A DNA stretch of 53,327 nt, taken from Clostridia bacterium (lineage in GTDB: Bacteria > Bacillota > Clostridia > Oscillospirales > CAG-382). Position numbers and translations under genes: made by a program. This document shows, one piece after another, positions 36,832 through 47,062 of this stretch; the first letter of the stretch is position 1; each line of letters begins with the position of its first letter. The stretch spans positions 1-53,327 of the forward strand of contig JAFXDO010000037.1 of NCBI GenBank assembly GCA_017563195.1, written 5' to 3'. The notes beneath the pieces were generated by a model, which was not told the origin of the DNA, searched no databases, and saw nothing but the letters and a program-made list of their open reading frames with translations.

Positions 36832-37752
36832 ATGAACATCATCCATATGAAATACGCCGTTGAGGTTGCAAAATTCGGCTCGATCAACAAAGCGAGTGAA
36901 AGCCTCAGCATGGCTCAGCCGAACATAAGCCGCGCGATAAAGGACCTTGAGGCCGATATCGGAATAATAATATTCGACCGATCGGCAAAGGGCATGAACC
37001 TCACACCCGAGGGAAAGGATTTTATCGCAAGGGCGCAGAATATCCTCAATCAGATCAACGATCTCGAATACGTTTATCGCGGCGGACTTCCCAACAAGCA
37101 AAAGTTTTCGATATCGGCACCGAGAGCAGGATATATCGCAGAGGCATTCGCGGAGTTTTCCAAGTCGATAGATGCCCCTCACGCCGAAATCGTGCTTGAT
37201 GAGACCGGCACCTTCAACACCATCAAAAAGGTTATCTCCTCAGACTGCAAGCTCGGCATAATCCGCTATGAGGTTGCGGCAGATGCATACTTCAAGGAGA
37301 TGCTCGAGAAAAACGAGCTCGAGTACAGATCGATATCGACCTTCAAATACGCTGTTATAGCAAGCAAAAACGGTCCGCTTGCAGGTATGGATACAGTCCG
37401 CGAGTCCGAGCTTCACGGCTTGGTGCAGGTAACCCACAATTCTCCTTATGAAGCTACACTCACAGCGAGCGATGCCCCTCCCAAGGAAGAAACCCGCAAG
37501 TGTGCCGACAGATCGGTATACGTGCTCGACAGCGCGGCTCAGCTCGAATTGCTTTCCGAAAACACCGAAAGCTTTATGTGGGTCTCCCCTGCTCCGAAAA
37601 AGCTGCTTGACAGGTATGGGCTTATACAGCTTAAGAGCGACAGCAAAAAGACCTATATCGACGTATTGATATATCGCAAGGGTTACAAGCTGAGCGAGCT
37701 TGACGAAAGATTCGTTTCGGCTCTTGAATCCGCGAGCATCGCGCTTAAATAA
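36832..37752 (+). CDS. LysR family transcriptional regulator
   Basis: GSINKASESLSMAQPNISRAIKDLEADIG..IFDRS.KGM.LT HTH. Confidence 0.93.
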   Translation: MNIIHMKYAVEVAKFGSINKASESLSMAQPNISRAIKDLEADIGIIIFDRSAKGMNLTPEGKDFIARAQNILNQINDLEYVYRGGLPNKQKFSISAPRAGYIAEAFAEFSKSIDAPHAEIVLDETGTFNTIKKVISSDCKLGIIRYEVAADAYFKEMLEKNELEYRSISTFKYAVIASKNGPLAGMDTVRESELHGLVQVTHNSPYEATLTASDAPPKEETRKCADRSVYVLDSAAQLELLSENTESFMWVSPAPKKLLDRYGLIQLKSDSKKTYIDVLIYRKGYKLSELDERFVSALESASIALK

Positions 37753-37756
37753 ACTT

Positions 37757-37801
37757 AAAACACTGCAACAGGCATTCGTTTTGCCCGCTGCAGTGTTTTT
37801 T
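37757..37801. terminator. Bidirectional terminator
   Basis: aaaacactgca...tgcagtgtttt between convergent genes. Confidence 0.75.
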
Positions 37802-37804
37802 CTG

Positions 37805-38104
37805 TCAGAACTCGCTTACTGCAGTAGCCTCAGTCAGCTCCGCCGCATCGTATCTTTTGTTAATGAAATATACGAACAGATTAGTACATACGCACAGCAG
37901 ATTGAAGAGATATGCTATAAGCACGTAATTAACGTTTCCGCTCACCACCTTTGCGGTTATTCCGGCAACGTAGCCTACGATTATCAGCAAAATAAACTGA
38001 AGGCTCATGGATTTCGCCGTTTTCGAGCGTATATTCTTGACCACGGAAATCGGCCAGGACGCACCAAAGCAAAGCAACATCAAAGTTTCCAAAATTTCCT
38101 GCAT
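37805..38104 (-). CDS. Small three-TM membrane protein (PQ-loop/SemiSWEET-like)
   Basis: CFGASWP.S..K.IRSKTAK..S pattern, three hydrophobic helices. Confidence 0.7.
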   Translation of the reverse strand: MQEILETLMLLCFGASWPISVVKNIRSKTAKSMSLQFILLIIVGYVAGITAKVVSGNVNYVLIAYLFNLLCVCTNLFVYFINKRYDAAELTEATAVSEF

Positions 38105-38213
38105 AACATCAGCACCTCACATTCTTTTGCTATATAATACCATTGACAAACGATAATGTCCAATATATAATTAAGCCGTATTCTATAACATTTTTGTTAT
38201 GATTGGAGAAGCT

Positions 38214-39104
38214 ATGGAGATTACAGAGATCAGATACTTTTTAGAGGTAGCCGAAACACAGCACATAACCGCAAGCGCCGAAAGGCTTCATATCGCACAG
38301 CCTGCGCTTTCCAGATCGATACATAAGCTTGAAAAATCCCTCGGGGTCAAGCTTTTCGAATCCAAGGGACGCAACATTGTGCTGACCGAAAGCGGGAAAT
38401 ATTTGCAGGAAAAGCTGAAGCCGATACTGTGCCGGCTTGATGAATTGCCCGAGGACTTAAAAAGAATAGCGAAGCTGCAGGACGAGACTATTCATCTCAA
38501 CGTGCTTGCCGCCTCTCCTTTCATCACGAGCGCAATAATAGAATACAAGAGCAGGCACGAAAACCTGAATTTCCAGCTGCTGCAGAACAGCGAAAGTGAT
38601 ATTTTCGACATCGAGATAACGACTCGGGCGGGGTACACCAAGACCGCAGAGGAAAAGCAGAACAGGTTCGTGTGCAACGAAAAGATATTCCTCGCGGTTC
38701 CGAAAAACGACTATTTTCGCAGCAAAAGCAGCATTTCGCTTAAAGAAGCGGGCGAATTCGGCTTTATACGCGTTTCGGGAGCACGACAGTTCGGAAGCAT
38801 TTGCGACAGATTCTGCAGAAATGCCGAGATCACACCGAGAATCATATTCGAGAGCGATAACCTTACCGCCGTACGGAATATGATCGCAGCGAATATGGGC
38901 GTCGGTTTCTGGCCCGAATTCACTTGGGGCAGGCTCGACAGCGACAGCGTAAAGCTGCTTGAGATAACCGATCCGTCCTGCAGCAGAGATCTGATCATCA
39001 ACTATAATCAAAGACGTGCGGACGGTAAAAAAACAGTCGATTTTTTCAATTTTTTAATGGCTTACTGCAACGAACAGAAGCTCGAGGTCGCAGAATGCCG
39101 ATAA
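38214..39104 (+). CDS. LysR family transcriptional regulator
   Basis: HITASAERLHIAQPALSRSIHKLEKSLGVKLF...GRNIVLT. Confidence 0.93.
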   Translation: MEITEIRYFLEVAETQHITASAERLHIAQPALSRSIHKLEKSLGVKLFESKGRNIVLTESGKYLQEKLKPILCRLDELPEDLKRIAKLQDETIHLNVLAASPFITSAIIEYKSRHENLNFQLLQNSESDIFDIEITTRAGYTKTAEEKQNRFVCNEKIFLAVPKNDYFRSKSSISLKEAGEFGFIRVSGARQFGSICDRFCRNAEITPRIIFESDNLTAVRNMIAANMGVGFWPEFTWGRLDSDSVKLLEITDPSCSRDLIINYNQRRADGKKTVDFFNFLMAYCNEQKLEVAECR

Positions 39105-39334
39105 CCGCAAAACCAGACATTATGTAAATCGCCGAAAGTGCCTGTATTTATGCTGTGTTTCAAATTCGTTACAGGGTATATCAATACACATAATATCGAT
39201 ATACAAAATTCATAATTCCCAAACGGCGATTTTTTTGATAGAATATTGTCGATAAACTGCGGCGTTATGGGCTTTTACGGTCTTAACGTTCGCATAAGCC
39301 CGCGGGCATCACATTTCGAAACGGAGGAAAGCGT

Positions 39335-39964
39335 GTGAAGCAGACTGCTGTTATGAGATCCACACTCGGCAGACTTCCTGCATATCTGCAGTATTTAAGA
39401 AGTCTTGACCGTGAAGAAAACGCGAATATTTCCGCAACGGTCATCGCAAAGGCGCTCGGCCTCGGCGAGGTACAGGTGCGCAAGGATCTGAGTGCTGTCA
39501 GCGGAGCGGGGCGGCCCAAGCTCGGCTATCACACTAACGACCTTATCAAGAGGCTTGAGGAGGTGCTCGGACAGTACTCGCTCGCAAAGGCTGTAATAGT
39601 CGGTGCGGGCAGACTCGGAAACGCGCTTCTCGGCTACAATGGGTTCGCCGATTACGGTCTGGAGATCTCGGCGGCATTTGATTCGGATCCCTCGAAGCTT
39701 AACGACACCAACGCAGGCAAGGCTGTATATCCCCTCTCGATGCTTGAGGAATACTGCAAGCGCGAGGATATCAAGATCGCCGTCATAACCGTTCCCGCTG
39801 TCGCGGCGCAGGATATTTGCGACAGACTCGTGGCGTGCGGCATCGATGCGATACTCAATTTCGCACCCTGCACTCTGAGCGTCCCGGATAACGTCATCCT
39901 GCAAAACGAAAACCTTGCTCTTTCCCTGGCACATCTGAAGCATCAGATGGACAACAAACAGTAA
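39335..39964 (+). CDS. rex: Redox-sensing repressor Rex
   Basis: RLPAYLQYL, QVRKDLS, G...LGY, VGAGRLGNAL, ILNFAP. Confidence 0.93.
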   Translation: MKQTAVMRSTLGRLPAYLQYLRSLDREENANISATVIAKALGLGEVQVRKDLSAVSGAGRPKLGYHTNDLIKRLEEVLGQYSLAKAVIVGAGRLGNALLGYNGFADYGLEISAAFDSDPSKLNDTNAGKAVYPLSMLEEYCKREDIKIAVITVPAVAAQDICDRLVACGIDAILNFAPCTLSVPDNVILQNENLALSLAHLKHQMDNKQ

Positions 39965-39997
39965 TTTTAAATTTTAACATATTAAGGAGTATTCACC

Positions 39998-40237
39998 GTG
40001 AAAGTAACCATTTGCATCGGAAGTTCTTGTCATCTCAAAGGCTCTCGTCAGGTCGTAGAGTCGCTTCAAAAGCTTGTAGCTGACAACAAATTGGAAGACA
40101 AGGTCGAGCTCAGCGGCACCTTCTGCATCGGAAAATGTCAGCAGGGAGTCTGCGTTAACGTAGACGACGAGTTTTTCTCGGTAAGCCCCGAAACCGTAAA
40201 CGAGTTCTTCAACACTCAGATACTCGCCAAGGTATAA
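39998..40237 (+). CDS. Thioredoxin-like (2Fe-2S) ferredoxin (HfsA-like)
   Basis: ICIGSSCHLKGS...FCIGKC. Confidence 0.85.
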   Translation: MKVTICIGSSCHLKGSRQVVESLQKLVADNKLEDKVELSGTFCIGKCQQGVCVNVDDEFFSVSPETVNEFFNTQILAKV

Positions 40238-40273
40238 TCCCATCACCCCGCAAAACAACCAAGGAGGGATTTT

Positions 40274-41962
40274 ATGCCAAACTGTCTTACGCTGAAAAAA
40301 TCCAACTGTAAAAACTGTTATAAATGCATCAGGTACTGTCCCGTCAAGGCGATCCGCTTTTCGGGAAACCAGGCGCATATAATCGGCAACGAATGCATCC
40401 TTTGCGGACATTGCTTTGTCGTATGTCCCCAGAACGCTAAGGAGATCGTTAACGAAACCGAAAAGGTACGCGTTCTTCTCCAAAGCGGCGATCCCGTGAT
40501 CGTAAGCCTCGCACCTTCGTTCATTGCGAACTATGAGGGCGTGGGCATCAAGTCGATGCGCGAGGCTCTTAAGAAGCTCGGTTTTTACGACGTTGAGGAA
40601 ACTGCCATCGGCGCTACGATGGTCAAAAACGAATATGAAAGAATACTGCGCGAGGAAAACCGCGATATCGTCATCGCGTCCTGCTGTCACTCGATAAACC
40701 TTCTTATCCAGAAGCACTTCCCGCGTATGCTCCCCTATCTTGCAGACGTTGTTTCACCCATGCAGGCACACTGCAAGGATATCAAGTCGCGCTTCCCCAA
40801 TGCAAAGACCGTGTTTATCGGTCCCTGTGTTGCAAAGAAGGATGAGGCTGAGCATTACGAGGGCATCGTTGATGCGGTGCTCACCTTTGAGGAGCTTACC
40901 GAATGGCTCAATAAGGAAAGCATCGAGCTCAAGCAGGAGATATTCCCCAACGAAAACAGCCGTGCAAGATTTTTCCCGACAACCGGCGGTATTCTCAAAA
41001 CCATGAAGCAGGACGCACCCGGATATACCTATATGGCTATTGACGGCGTCTCAAACTGCATACAGGCACTCAAGGACATCGAAAAGGGCAACGTACACAA
41101 ATGCTTCATCGAAATGTCCGCGTGCGTGGGCAGCTGTGTTGGCGGACCTATTATGGAAAAGCTTCACAAGAGCTCCAGCACCATAAGAGACTATATGGCT
41201 GTTGCAAGCTTCGCGGGCACGAAGGACTTCGAGGTCGATCAACCCGATATGCTTACCATGAAGAAGCATTTCGAGTTCATCGAACAGCGCTCTCCGATAC
41301 CTACCGAGGACGAGATTTGCGAAATACTTCAGCAGATGGGCAAGTTCAAGCCCTCTCAGGAGCTCAACTGCGGCTCCTGCGGATACGATACCTGCCGCGA
41401 CAAGGCAGTTGCTATCTATCAGGGAAAGGCGGAGATTTCCATGTGTCTCCCCTTCCTTAAGGACAAAGCCGAAAGCTTCTCGGACACCATCGTCAAGAAC
41501 ACGCCCAACGGTCTGTTCGTTCTGAATGACAAGATGGAGGTACAGTCCATCAACAACGCCGCGCTCAAGATAATGAATCTGCGCTCCGCCAAGGACGTCC
41601 TCGGTGATCAGGTAGTACGCATACTCGATCCCGGCGTGTTCATGAGCGTTCAACGCACGGGCAAGGGCGTATATAACGAACGAGTTTATCTTGCCGAATA
41701 CGACAGATACGTCGAGCAGACGGTCGTACCCGACAAGGAAAGCCATATGCTCATATGCATTATGCGTGACGTGACCGATGAAGAGCACGAGAGAGACAGA
41801 AAAGAATCAATAAGCCGTCAGACAGTAGAGGTTGCCGACAAGGTCGTTGAAAAGCAGATGAGAATCGTTCAGGAGATCGCATCGCTTCTCGGCGAAACGG
41901 CTGCCGAAACAAAGATCGCCTTGGCAAAGCTCAAGGAATCGATCACCGACGACAACGATTAA
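40274..41962 (+). CDS. Sensory [FeFe]-hydrogenase with PAS domain (HydS/HfsB-like)
   Basis: 2x[4Fe-4S] N-terminus, variant H-cluster motifs ASCCHS, GPCVAKKDE, EMSACVGSCVGGP, LNCGSCGY..C FeS domain, PAS, VVEKQMRIVQEIASLLGET tail. Confidence 0.88.
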   Translation: MPNCLTLKKSNCKNCYKCIRYCPVKAIRFSGNQAHIIGNECILCGHCFVVCPQNAKEIVNETEKVRVLLQSGDPVIVSLAPSFIANYEGVGIKSMREALKKLGFYDVEETAIGATMVKNEYERILREENRDIVIASCCHSINLLIQKHFPRMLPYLADVVSPMQAHCKDIKSRFPNAKTVFIGPCVAKKDEAEHYEGIVDAVLTFEELTEWLNKESIELKQEIFPNENSRARFFPTTGGILKTMKQDAPGYTYMAIDGVSNCIQALKDIEKGNVHKCFIEMSACVGSCVGGPIMEKLHKSSSTIRDYMAVASFAGTKDFEVDQPDMLTMKKHFEFIEQRSPIPTEDEICEILQQMGKFKPSQELNCGSCGYDTCRDKAVAIYQGKAEISMCLPFLKDKAESFSDTIVKNTPNGLFVLNDKMEVQSINNAALKIMNLRSAKDVLGDQVVRILDPGVFMSVQRTGKGVYNERVYLAEYDRYVEQTVVPDKESHMLICIMRDVTDEEHERDRKESISRQTVEVADKVVEKQMRIVQEIASLLGETAAETKIALAKLKESITDDND

Positions 41963-41987
41963 CGGCTTGAAACAGGAGATATTATAA

Positions 41988-43412
41988 ATGAGAAAGTTTG
42001 ATACAAAGGTACAGCACCTCAAATATAAGGTGCTGCGCGAGGTGGCAAGGCACGCCTGGGACGACAGTCTATACGATAAAATCTTGGACATACCTTCCAT
42101 TATTTCCCCGGGTAAGACTCCCACGATGCGTTGCTGTGTATACAAGGAACGCGCGATACTCACCGAAAGAGTAAAGCTTGCCATGGGCGGCGATAAGTCG
42201 AATCCCAACGTCATCGAGGTAATCGACATTGCCTGCGATGAATGCCCTGCAGCGGGATATGAGGTCACCGACTCCTGCCGCGGCTGTCTCGCTCACAGAT
42301 GCGAGGACGTATGCAAGCGCGGCGCGATCACCTTCGACCAGTACCACGTCGCACATATCGACAAGTCCAAGTGCGTCGAGTGCGGTCAGTGTGCAAAGGT
42401 CTGCCCCTTCAGCGCTATCGCAAACCGCAAGCGTCCCTGTCAGAACGCTTGTAAGGTTAAGGCAATCTCGATCAACAGCAACAACGCCGCGCACATCGAC
42501 AACAGTAAGTGCATATCCTGCGGCGCCTGTGTATATCAGTGCCCTTGGGGTGCGATTTCCGAAAAGTCGTTCATTCTCGACGTTATCGCGACACTCAAGG
42601 CAAGCAAGAGCGGAAACAACAAGGTCTATGCGGTAGTTGCACCCACCATCTCGAGCCAGTTCACCTATGCTAAGCTCGGACAGGTCATCACCGGTCTCAA
42701 GGAGCTCGGCTTCCACACGGTTATCGAGGCGGCTCTCGGCGCGGATATGGTCGCGCTCAGCGAATCGAAGGAGCTTGTGGAAAAGGGATTCCTCACCAGC
42801 TCGTGCTGTCCAGCGTTCGTAATGTACATCCAGAAGACCTTCCCCGAGCTCGTGCCCTTCATTTCGCACAACCCCTCGCCTATGACTGCGATCTCCGAGC
42901 ACATAAAGAAGATGGACCCCACCGCGAAGGTCGTATTCATCGGTCCCTGCACGGCTAAGAAGATGGAATTCCAGCTTGACAGCGTTAAGCCGTTCGTCGA
43001 TTCGGTCATCACCTTCGAGGAGCTTCAGGCACTGTTCGACAGCAAGGGCGTCGACATCACCGAGCTTGACGAGGGCGTGCTCGATAACGCTTCTTACTTC
43101 GGTCGTATCTTTGCTCGCTGCGGCGGCCTGTCAGACGCGGTAACCGAGGCTCTCAAGGAGCAGGGCATCGAGGACTTCGTGCTCAAGGCGTTCGCCTGCG
43201 ACGGCATCGAGGAATGCCGCACGGCGCTTCTCAAGAAGAGCAAGAACGTGCTTGACGCAAACTTCATCGAGGGTATGGCGTGCGTAGGCGGCTGTATCGG
43301 CGGCGCCGGCTGTCTCACCCACGGCGAAAAGAACAAGTCCGAGGTCGACAAATACGGCAGAGAGGCATTGGAAAAGACCATTCTCGACGCTACCAGCGTT
43401 CTCAATATGTAA
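41988..43412 (+). CDS. [FeFe]-hydrogenase with multiple 4Fe-4S domains (group B / HfsD-like)
   Basis: RCCVYKER, several CxxCxxC motifs, TSSCCPAF, GPCTAKKME, EGMACVGGCIGG. Confidence 0.88.
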   Translation: MRKFDTKVQHLKYKVLREVARHAWDDSLYDKILDIPSIISPGKTPTMRCCVYKERAILTERVKLAMGGDKSNPNVIEVIDIACDECPAAGYEVTDSCRGCLAHRCEDVCKRGAITFDQYHVAHIDKSKCVECGQCAKVCPFSAIANRKRPCQNACKVKAISINSNNAAHIDNSKCISCGACVYQCPWGAISEKSFILDVIATLKASKSGNNKVYAVVAPTISSQFTYAKLGQVITGLKELGFHTVIEAALGADMVALSESKELVEKGFLTSSCCPAFVMYIQKTFPELVPFISHNPSPMTAISEHIKKMDPTAKVVFIGPCTAKKMEFQLDSVKPFVDSVITFEELQALFDSKGVDITELDEGVLDNASYFGRIFARCGGLSDAVTEALKEQGIEDFVLKAFACDGIEECRTALLKKSKNVLDANFIEGMACVGGCIGGAGCLTHGEKNKSEVDKYGREALEKTILDATSVLNM

Positions 43413-43473
43413 TATTATATATAATTGAAAGTATCACTGCAAAAAGAATTACTGTAATATAAAGGAGCTTACT

Positions 43474-44418
43474 ATGACTAAGATCACTATTATCGGTACC
43501 GGCAGCGTCGGTTCCACCATCGCTTACACCCTCACCGTTCAGGGTATCGCATCCGAAATCGTCATGATCGATATCAACGGCGAAAAGGCAATGGGCGAAG
43601 CGCTCGACATCCGTCAGGGCACCCCCTTCTGTCATCCCTGCACCATCTACGCAGGCAGCTATTCCGACGCAGCAGGCTCGGACATCGTCATTCTCACCTC
43701 CGGCGTTGCAAGAAAGCCCGGTCAGTCGAGACTTGACCTTGCTCAGATCAACGTTAACATCACCAAGCAGATCATTCCCGAGATCACCAAGTATGCACCC
43801 GATGCAACTTACGTTATCGTAAGCAATCCCGTTGATATTCTTACCTACACCTTCTGCAAGTACTCGGGACTTCCCCAGGAACGCATCATTGGCTCGGGCA
43901 CTATTCTCGACACCTCGAGACTTCGCTCGAGAATCTCCGAATACTATCAGGTCAACCAGCAGAACGTTCACGCATACGTGCTCGGTGAGCACGGCGACAG
44001 TTGCTTCGTTCCCTGGTCGCTCGCTAACATCAGTAACGTTCCCGTTAAGGATTACCGCGACTCCGTCCTCGGCACCGAGGGCGTATATCCCGAGCTCAAC
44101 GAAGCTGAGGTCGAGGAATACGTTCGCAAGTCCGGCGCACGCGTTATCCAGCGTAAGGGTGCGACCTTCTATGCGGTATCCATCTCTGTTTGCCGCGTAG
44201 TAAAGGCTCTTCTTTCGGGCATCGATACCACTCTAACCGTTTCCACCATGTGCAACGGCGAATACGGTATCGACGACGTTTGCCTCTCGCTTCTTAGCGT
44301 AGTCGGCAACAAGGGTGCACACGGCAAGGTCCTCCTTCCCTTGAACGACAAGGAAATCCAGCTTCTCCACAACAGTGCAAACGCGCTCAAGGAAGTTATC
44401 AACGCTATCGAGTTTTAA
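43474..44418 (+). CDS. mdh: LDH/MDH-family dehydrogenase, probably malate dehydrogenase
   Basis: GTGSVG, GVARKPGQSRLDL (Arg at the specificity position), SNPVD, GTILDTSR, GEHGD. Adjacent to fumC. Confidence 0.72.
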   Translation: MTKITIIGTGSVGSTIAYTLTVQGIASEIVMIDINGEKAMGEALDIRQGTPFCHPCTIYAGSYSDAAGSDIVILTSGVARKPGQSRLDLAQINVNITKQIIPEITKYAPDATYVIVSNPVDILTYTFCKYSGLPQERIIGSGTILDTSRLRSRISEYYQVNQQNVHAYVLGEHGDSCFVPWSLANISNVPVKDYRDSVLGTEGVYPELNEAEVEEYVRKSGARVIQRKGATFYAVSISVCRVVKALLSGIDTTLTVSTMCNGEYGIDDVCLSLLSVVGNKGAHGKVLLPLNDKEIQLLHNSANALKEVINAIEF

Positions 44419-44443
44419 TAGATATTGAAAGGAAGCATCAGAA

Positions 44444-45820
44444 ATGGAATACCGCATAGAACACGATTCCATGGGCGAAATGAAGGTCCCTGCCGACAGA
44501 CTTTGGGCGGCACAGACTCAGAGAAGCCATGAGAATTTCGAAATCGGCGTAGGTATCGAAACCATGCCCGCCGAAATCATCCACGCCTTCGGTGTACTCA
44601 AAAAGGCTGCCGCCATCACCAACAACGCTCTCAAGCCCGAAAAGATGACCGACGAAAAGCTCGGAGCACTCAAGCAGGCTTGCGATGAGGTTATGGCAGG
44701 CACGCTCAACAGCCACTTCCCTCTCGTTGTCTGGCAGACCGGCTCGGGCACTCAGTCCAACATGAACTCGAACGAGGTTATTGCCAACCGTTCGAATCAG
44801 ATACTCGGCAAAAAGCTTCTTCATCCCAACGATGACGTTAATATGAGCCAGTCGTCCAACGACACCTTCCCCACCGCAATGCACATTGCGGCTGTCATCG
44901 CACTTGAGGATAAGCTTATCCCCGCGGCAGAAAGGCTCATCGAGACCTTTATCCGTCTCGAAGCAGAAAACGAGGGCATCGTTAAGAGCGGCAGAACCCA
45001 TCTTCAGGATGCTACCCCCATTAAGTTCAGTCAGGAAATCAGCGGCTGGAGATCCAGCCTTCAGAAGGACGTTGAGCTCATCAAGCGCTCTATCGATCCC
45101 CTTCGCGAGCTTGCGCTCGGCGGCACCGCAGTAGGCACCGGCCTCAACGCGCCCAAGGGCTTTGCCGAAAGAGTTGCAGAGGAAGTCAGCAACATCACCG
45201 GCAAGAAATTCATCACCGCAGAAAACAAGTTCCACTCGCTCACCTCGAAGGACGAGCTTGTATTCGCGCACGGTGCTATCAAGGCTCTCGCTTGCGATAT
45301 GATGAAGATAGCCAACGACGTTCGTTGGCTCGCTTCCGGCCCCAGAGACGGCTTGGGCGAGATCTTTATTCCCGAAAACGAGCCCGGCTCCTCGATTATG
45401 CCCGGCAAGGTCAACCCCACTCAGTGTGAGGCTGTTACCATGGTTGCCGTTCAGGTCATGGGCAACGACGTTGCCGTCAGCATGGCTGCTTCGCAGGGCA
45501 ACTTCGAGCTTAACGTATTTATGCCCGTTTGCATCTACAACTTCCTCCAGTCGGCAAGACTTCTTGCAGAGGCTATCGTTTCCTTCAACGACAAGTGCGC
45601 TGTAGGCATCGTTGCAAACAGAGAAAAGATGCATCACAACCTTCACAACTCTCTTATGCTCGTTACCGCGCTTAACCCCTACATCGGTTACGAAAACGCT
45701 GCAAAGACCGCAAAGAAGGCATACAAGGACAACATCTCGCTTAAGGAAGCCTGCGTAGAGCTCGGATTCCTTACCGCGGAACGCTTTGACGAGGTATTCC
45801 ACCCCGAAGAAATGGCTTAA
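44444..45820 (+). CDS. fumC: Fumarate hydratase class II
   Basis: WQTGSGTQSNMN, HPNDDVNMSQSSND, GRTHLQDA, GSSIMPGKVNP. Confidence 0.96.
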   Translation: MEYRIEHDSMGEMKVPADRLWAAQTQRSHENFEIGVGIETMPAEIIHAFGVLKKAAAITNNALKPEKMTDEKLGALKQACDEVMAGTLNSHFPLVVWQTGSGTQSNMNSNEVIANRSNQILGKKLLHPNDDVNMSQSSNDTFPTAMHIAAVIALEDKLIPAAERLIETFIRLEAENEGIVKSGRTHLQDATPIKFSQEISGWRSSLQKDVELIKRSIDPLRELALGGTAVGTGLNAPKGFAERVAEEVSNITGKKFITAENKFHSLTSKDELVFAHGAIKALACDMMKIANDVRWLASGPRDGLGEIFIPENEPGSSIMPGKVNPTQCEAVTMVAVQVMGNDVAVSMAASQGNFELNVFMPVCIYNFLQSARLLAEAIVSFNDKCAVGIVANREKMHHNLHNSLMLVTALNPYIGYENAAKTAKKAYKDNISLKEACVELGFLTAERFDEVFHPEEMA

Positions 45821-45873
45821 TTGCCGTATTCAAGGCTGATACAAAATATTTTAAAACTTACCGGAGGTAAAAT

Positions 45874-46662
45874 ATGAAGTTCAGTTATTTCCCCGGATGT
45901 ACTCTTAAGAACAAGGCGAAGGATCTTGATATATACGCAAGAAAGTGCGCCGAGGTCTTGGGTGTCACTCTGGAAGAAATAGAAAACTGGCAATGCTGCG
46001 GCGGCGTATTCACTACCGCCAAGGATGAGGTTGCCACCAAGCTTTCTTCGGTCCGTATCCTTAAGGACGCTCAGAAGAACAACTTAGACCTTGTAACCGT
46101 CTGCTCTGCCTGCCACAACGTTGTCAAGCAGACCAACTACGCAATGCAGAACGACGCCGAATTTGCAAGCAAGGTCAACAGATATATGGCTGAGGACGAG
46201 TACAACGGTGAAACCAAGATCTACCATTATCTTGAGCTTATCCGTGACGTTATCGGCTATGACAAGGTCAAGGAATGTGTCGTTAATCCCCTTGCAGGCA
46301 AGAAGATCGCCGCTTATTACGGTTGCCTTCTTCTCCGTCCCAACTCGGTAATGCGTATGGACGATCCCGAAAACCCCACCATTATCGAGGATCTTATCAA
46401 GGCTTTGGGTGCTACTCCCGTTGTTTACTCCTACCGCAACGAATGCTGCGGCGGCTACGTAAGAATGGAAAGCCCCGAATTGGCTGTCAAGAAGAGCAAC
46501 ACCGTCATCGAGTCGGCAAAGAAGGCAGGTGCGGAGGTTATCGTTACCGCTTGCCCGCTTTGCAAGTACAATCTCGAAAAATCGGGCTGTGACATTCCCG
46601 TAGTATATCTCACCGAGCTTCTCGCAGAGGCTTTGGGCGTCAAGGAGGATACAAATGAGTAA
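45874..46662 (+). CDS. hdrB: Heterodisulfide reductase subunit B-like (two CCG domains)
   Basis: YFPGC, CCGG, CSAC, YYGC, CCGG, ACPLC. Confidence 0.88.
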   Translation: MKFSYFPGCTLKNKAKDLDIYARKCAEVLGVTLEEIENWQCCGGVFTTAKDEVATKLSSVRILKDAQKNNLDLVTVCSACHNVVKQTNYAMQNDAEFASKVNRYMAEDEYNGETKIYHYLELIRDVIGYDKVKECVVNPLAGKKIAAYYGCLLLRPNSVMRMDDPENPTIIEDLIKALGATPVVYSYRNECCGGYVRMESPELAVKKSNTVIESAKKAGAEVIVTACPLCKYNLEKSGCDIPVVYLTELLAEALGVKEDTNE

Positions 46663-47047
46663 CAGCAAGAAGTATCTTCGGGAAGAGATCATCCGCATCA
46701 GCGGTGTTAACCCCAAGAAGTGCATGCGTTGCGGCAAGTGCTCCGCCACCTGCCCCGCATACGACGAGATGGAATACCATCCTCATCAGTTCGTTTATAT
46801 GGTTGAAAACGGCAACATCGAGCCGCTCCTCGAATCCGAGTCGCTTTACAGATGCCTCACCTGCTTCGCATGCGTCGAAAGATGCCCGAGAAGCGTTGAG
46901 CCTGCAAAGCTCGTCGAGGCAGTACGCCTTGCCGCTGTCCGCAAGCAGGGCAACAACCGTATGACCGCAAACGACGTTCCCGAGCTTATCGACGACGAGA
47001 CCCCTCAGCAGTTGATAGTTTCGGCATTCAGAAAGTACACTAAGTAA
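46655..47047 (+). CDS. hdrC: Heterodisulfide reductase subunit C-like
   Basis: CMRCGKCSATCP and CLTCFACVERCP. Confidence 0.88.
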   Translation: MSNSKKYLREEIIRISGVNPKKCMRCGKCSATCPAYDEMEYHPHQFVYMVENGNIEPLLESESLYRCLTCFACVERCPRSVEPAKLVEAVRLAAVRKQGNNRMTANDVPELIDDETPQQLIVSAFRKYTK

Positions 47048-47062
47048 GGAGGAAAAGACAAA

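Noticed and set aside
39260-39305. Hairpin upstream of rex (gggctt...aagccc) as a riboswitch
   Set aside because: Short stem and no recognisable aptamer consensus
39961-39985. Possible Rex operator before the hydrogenase genes
   Set aside because: Only the right half-site (TTAACAT) fits TTGTTAA-N4-TTAACAA
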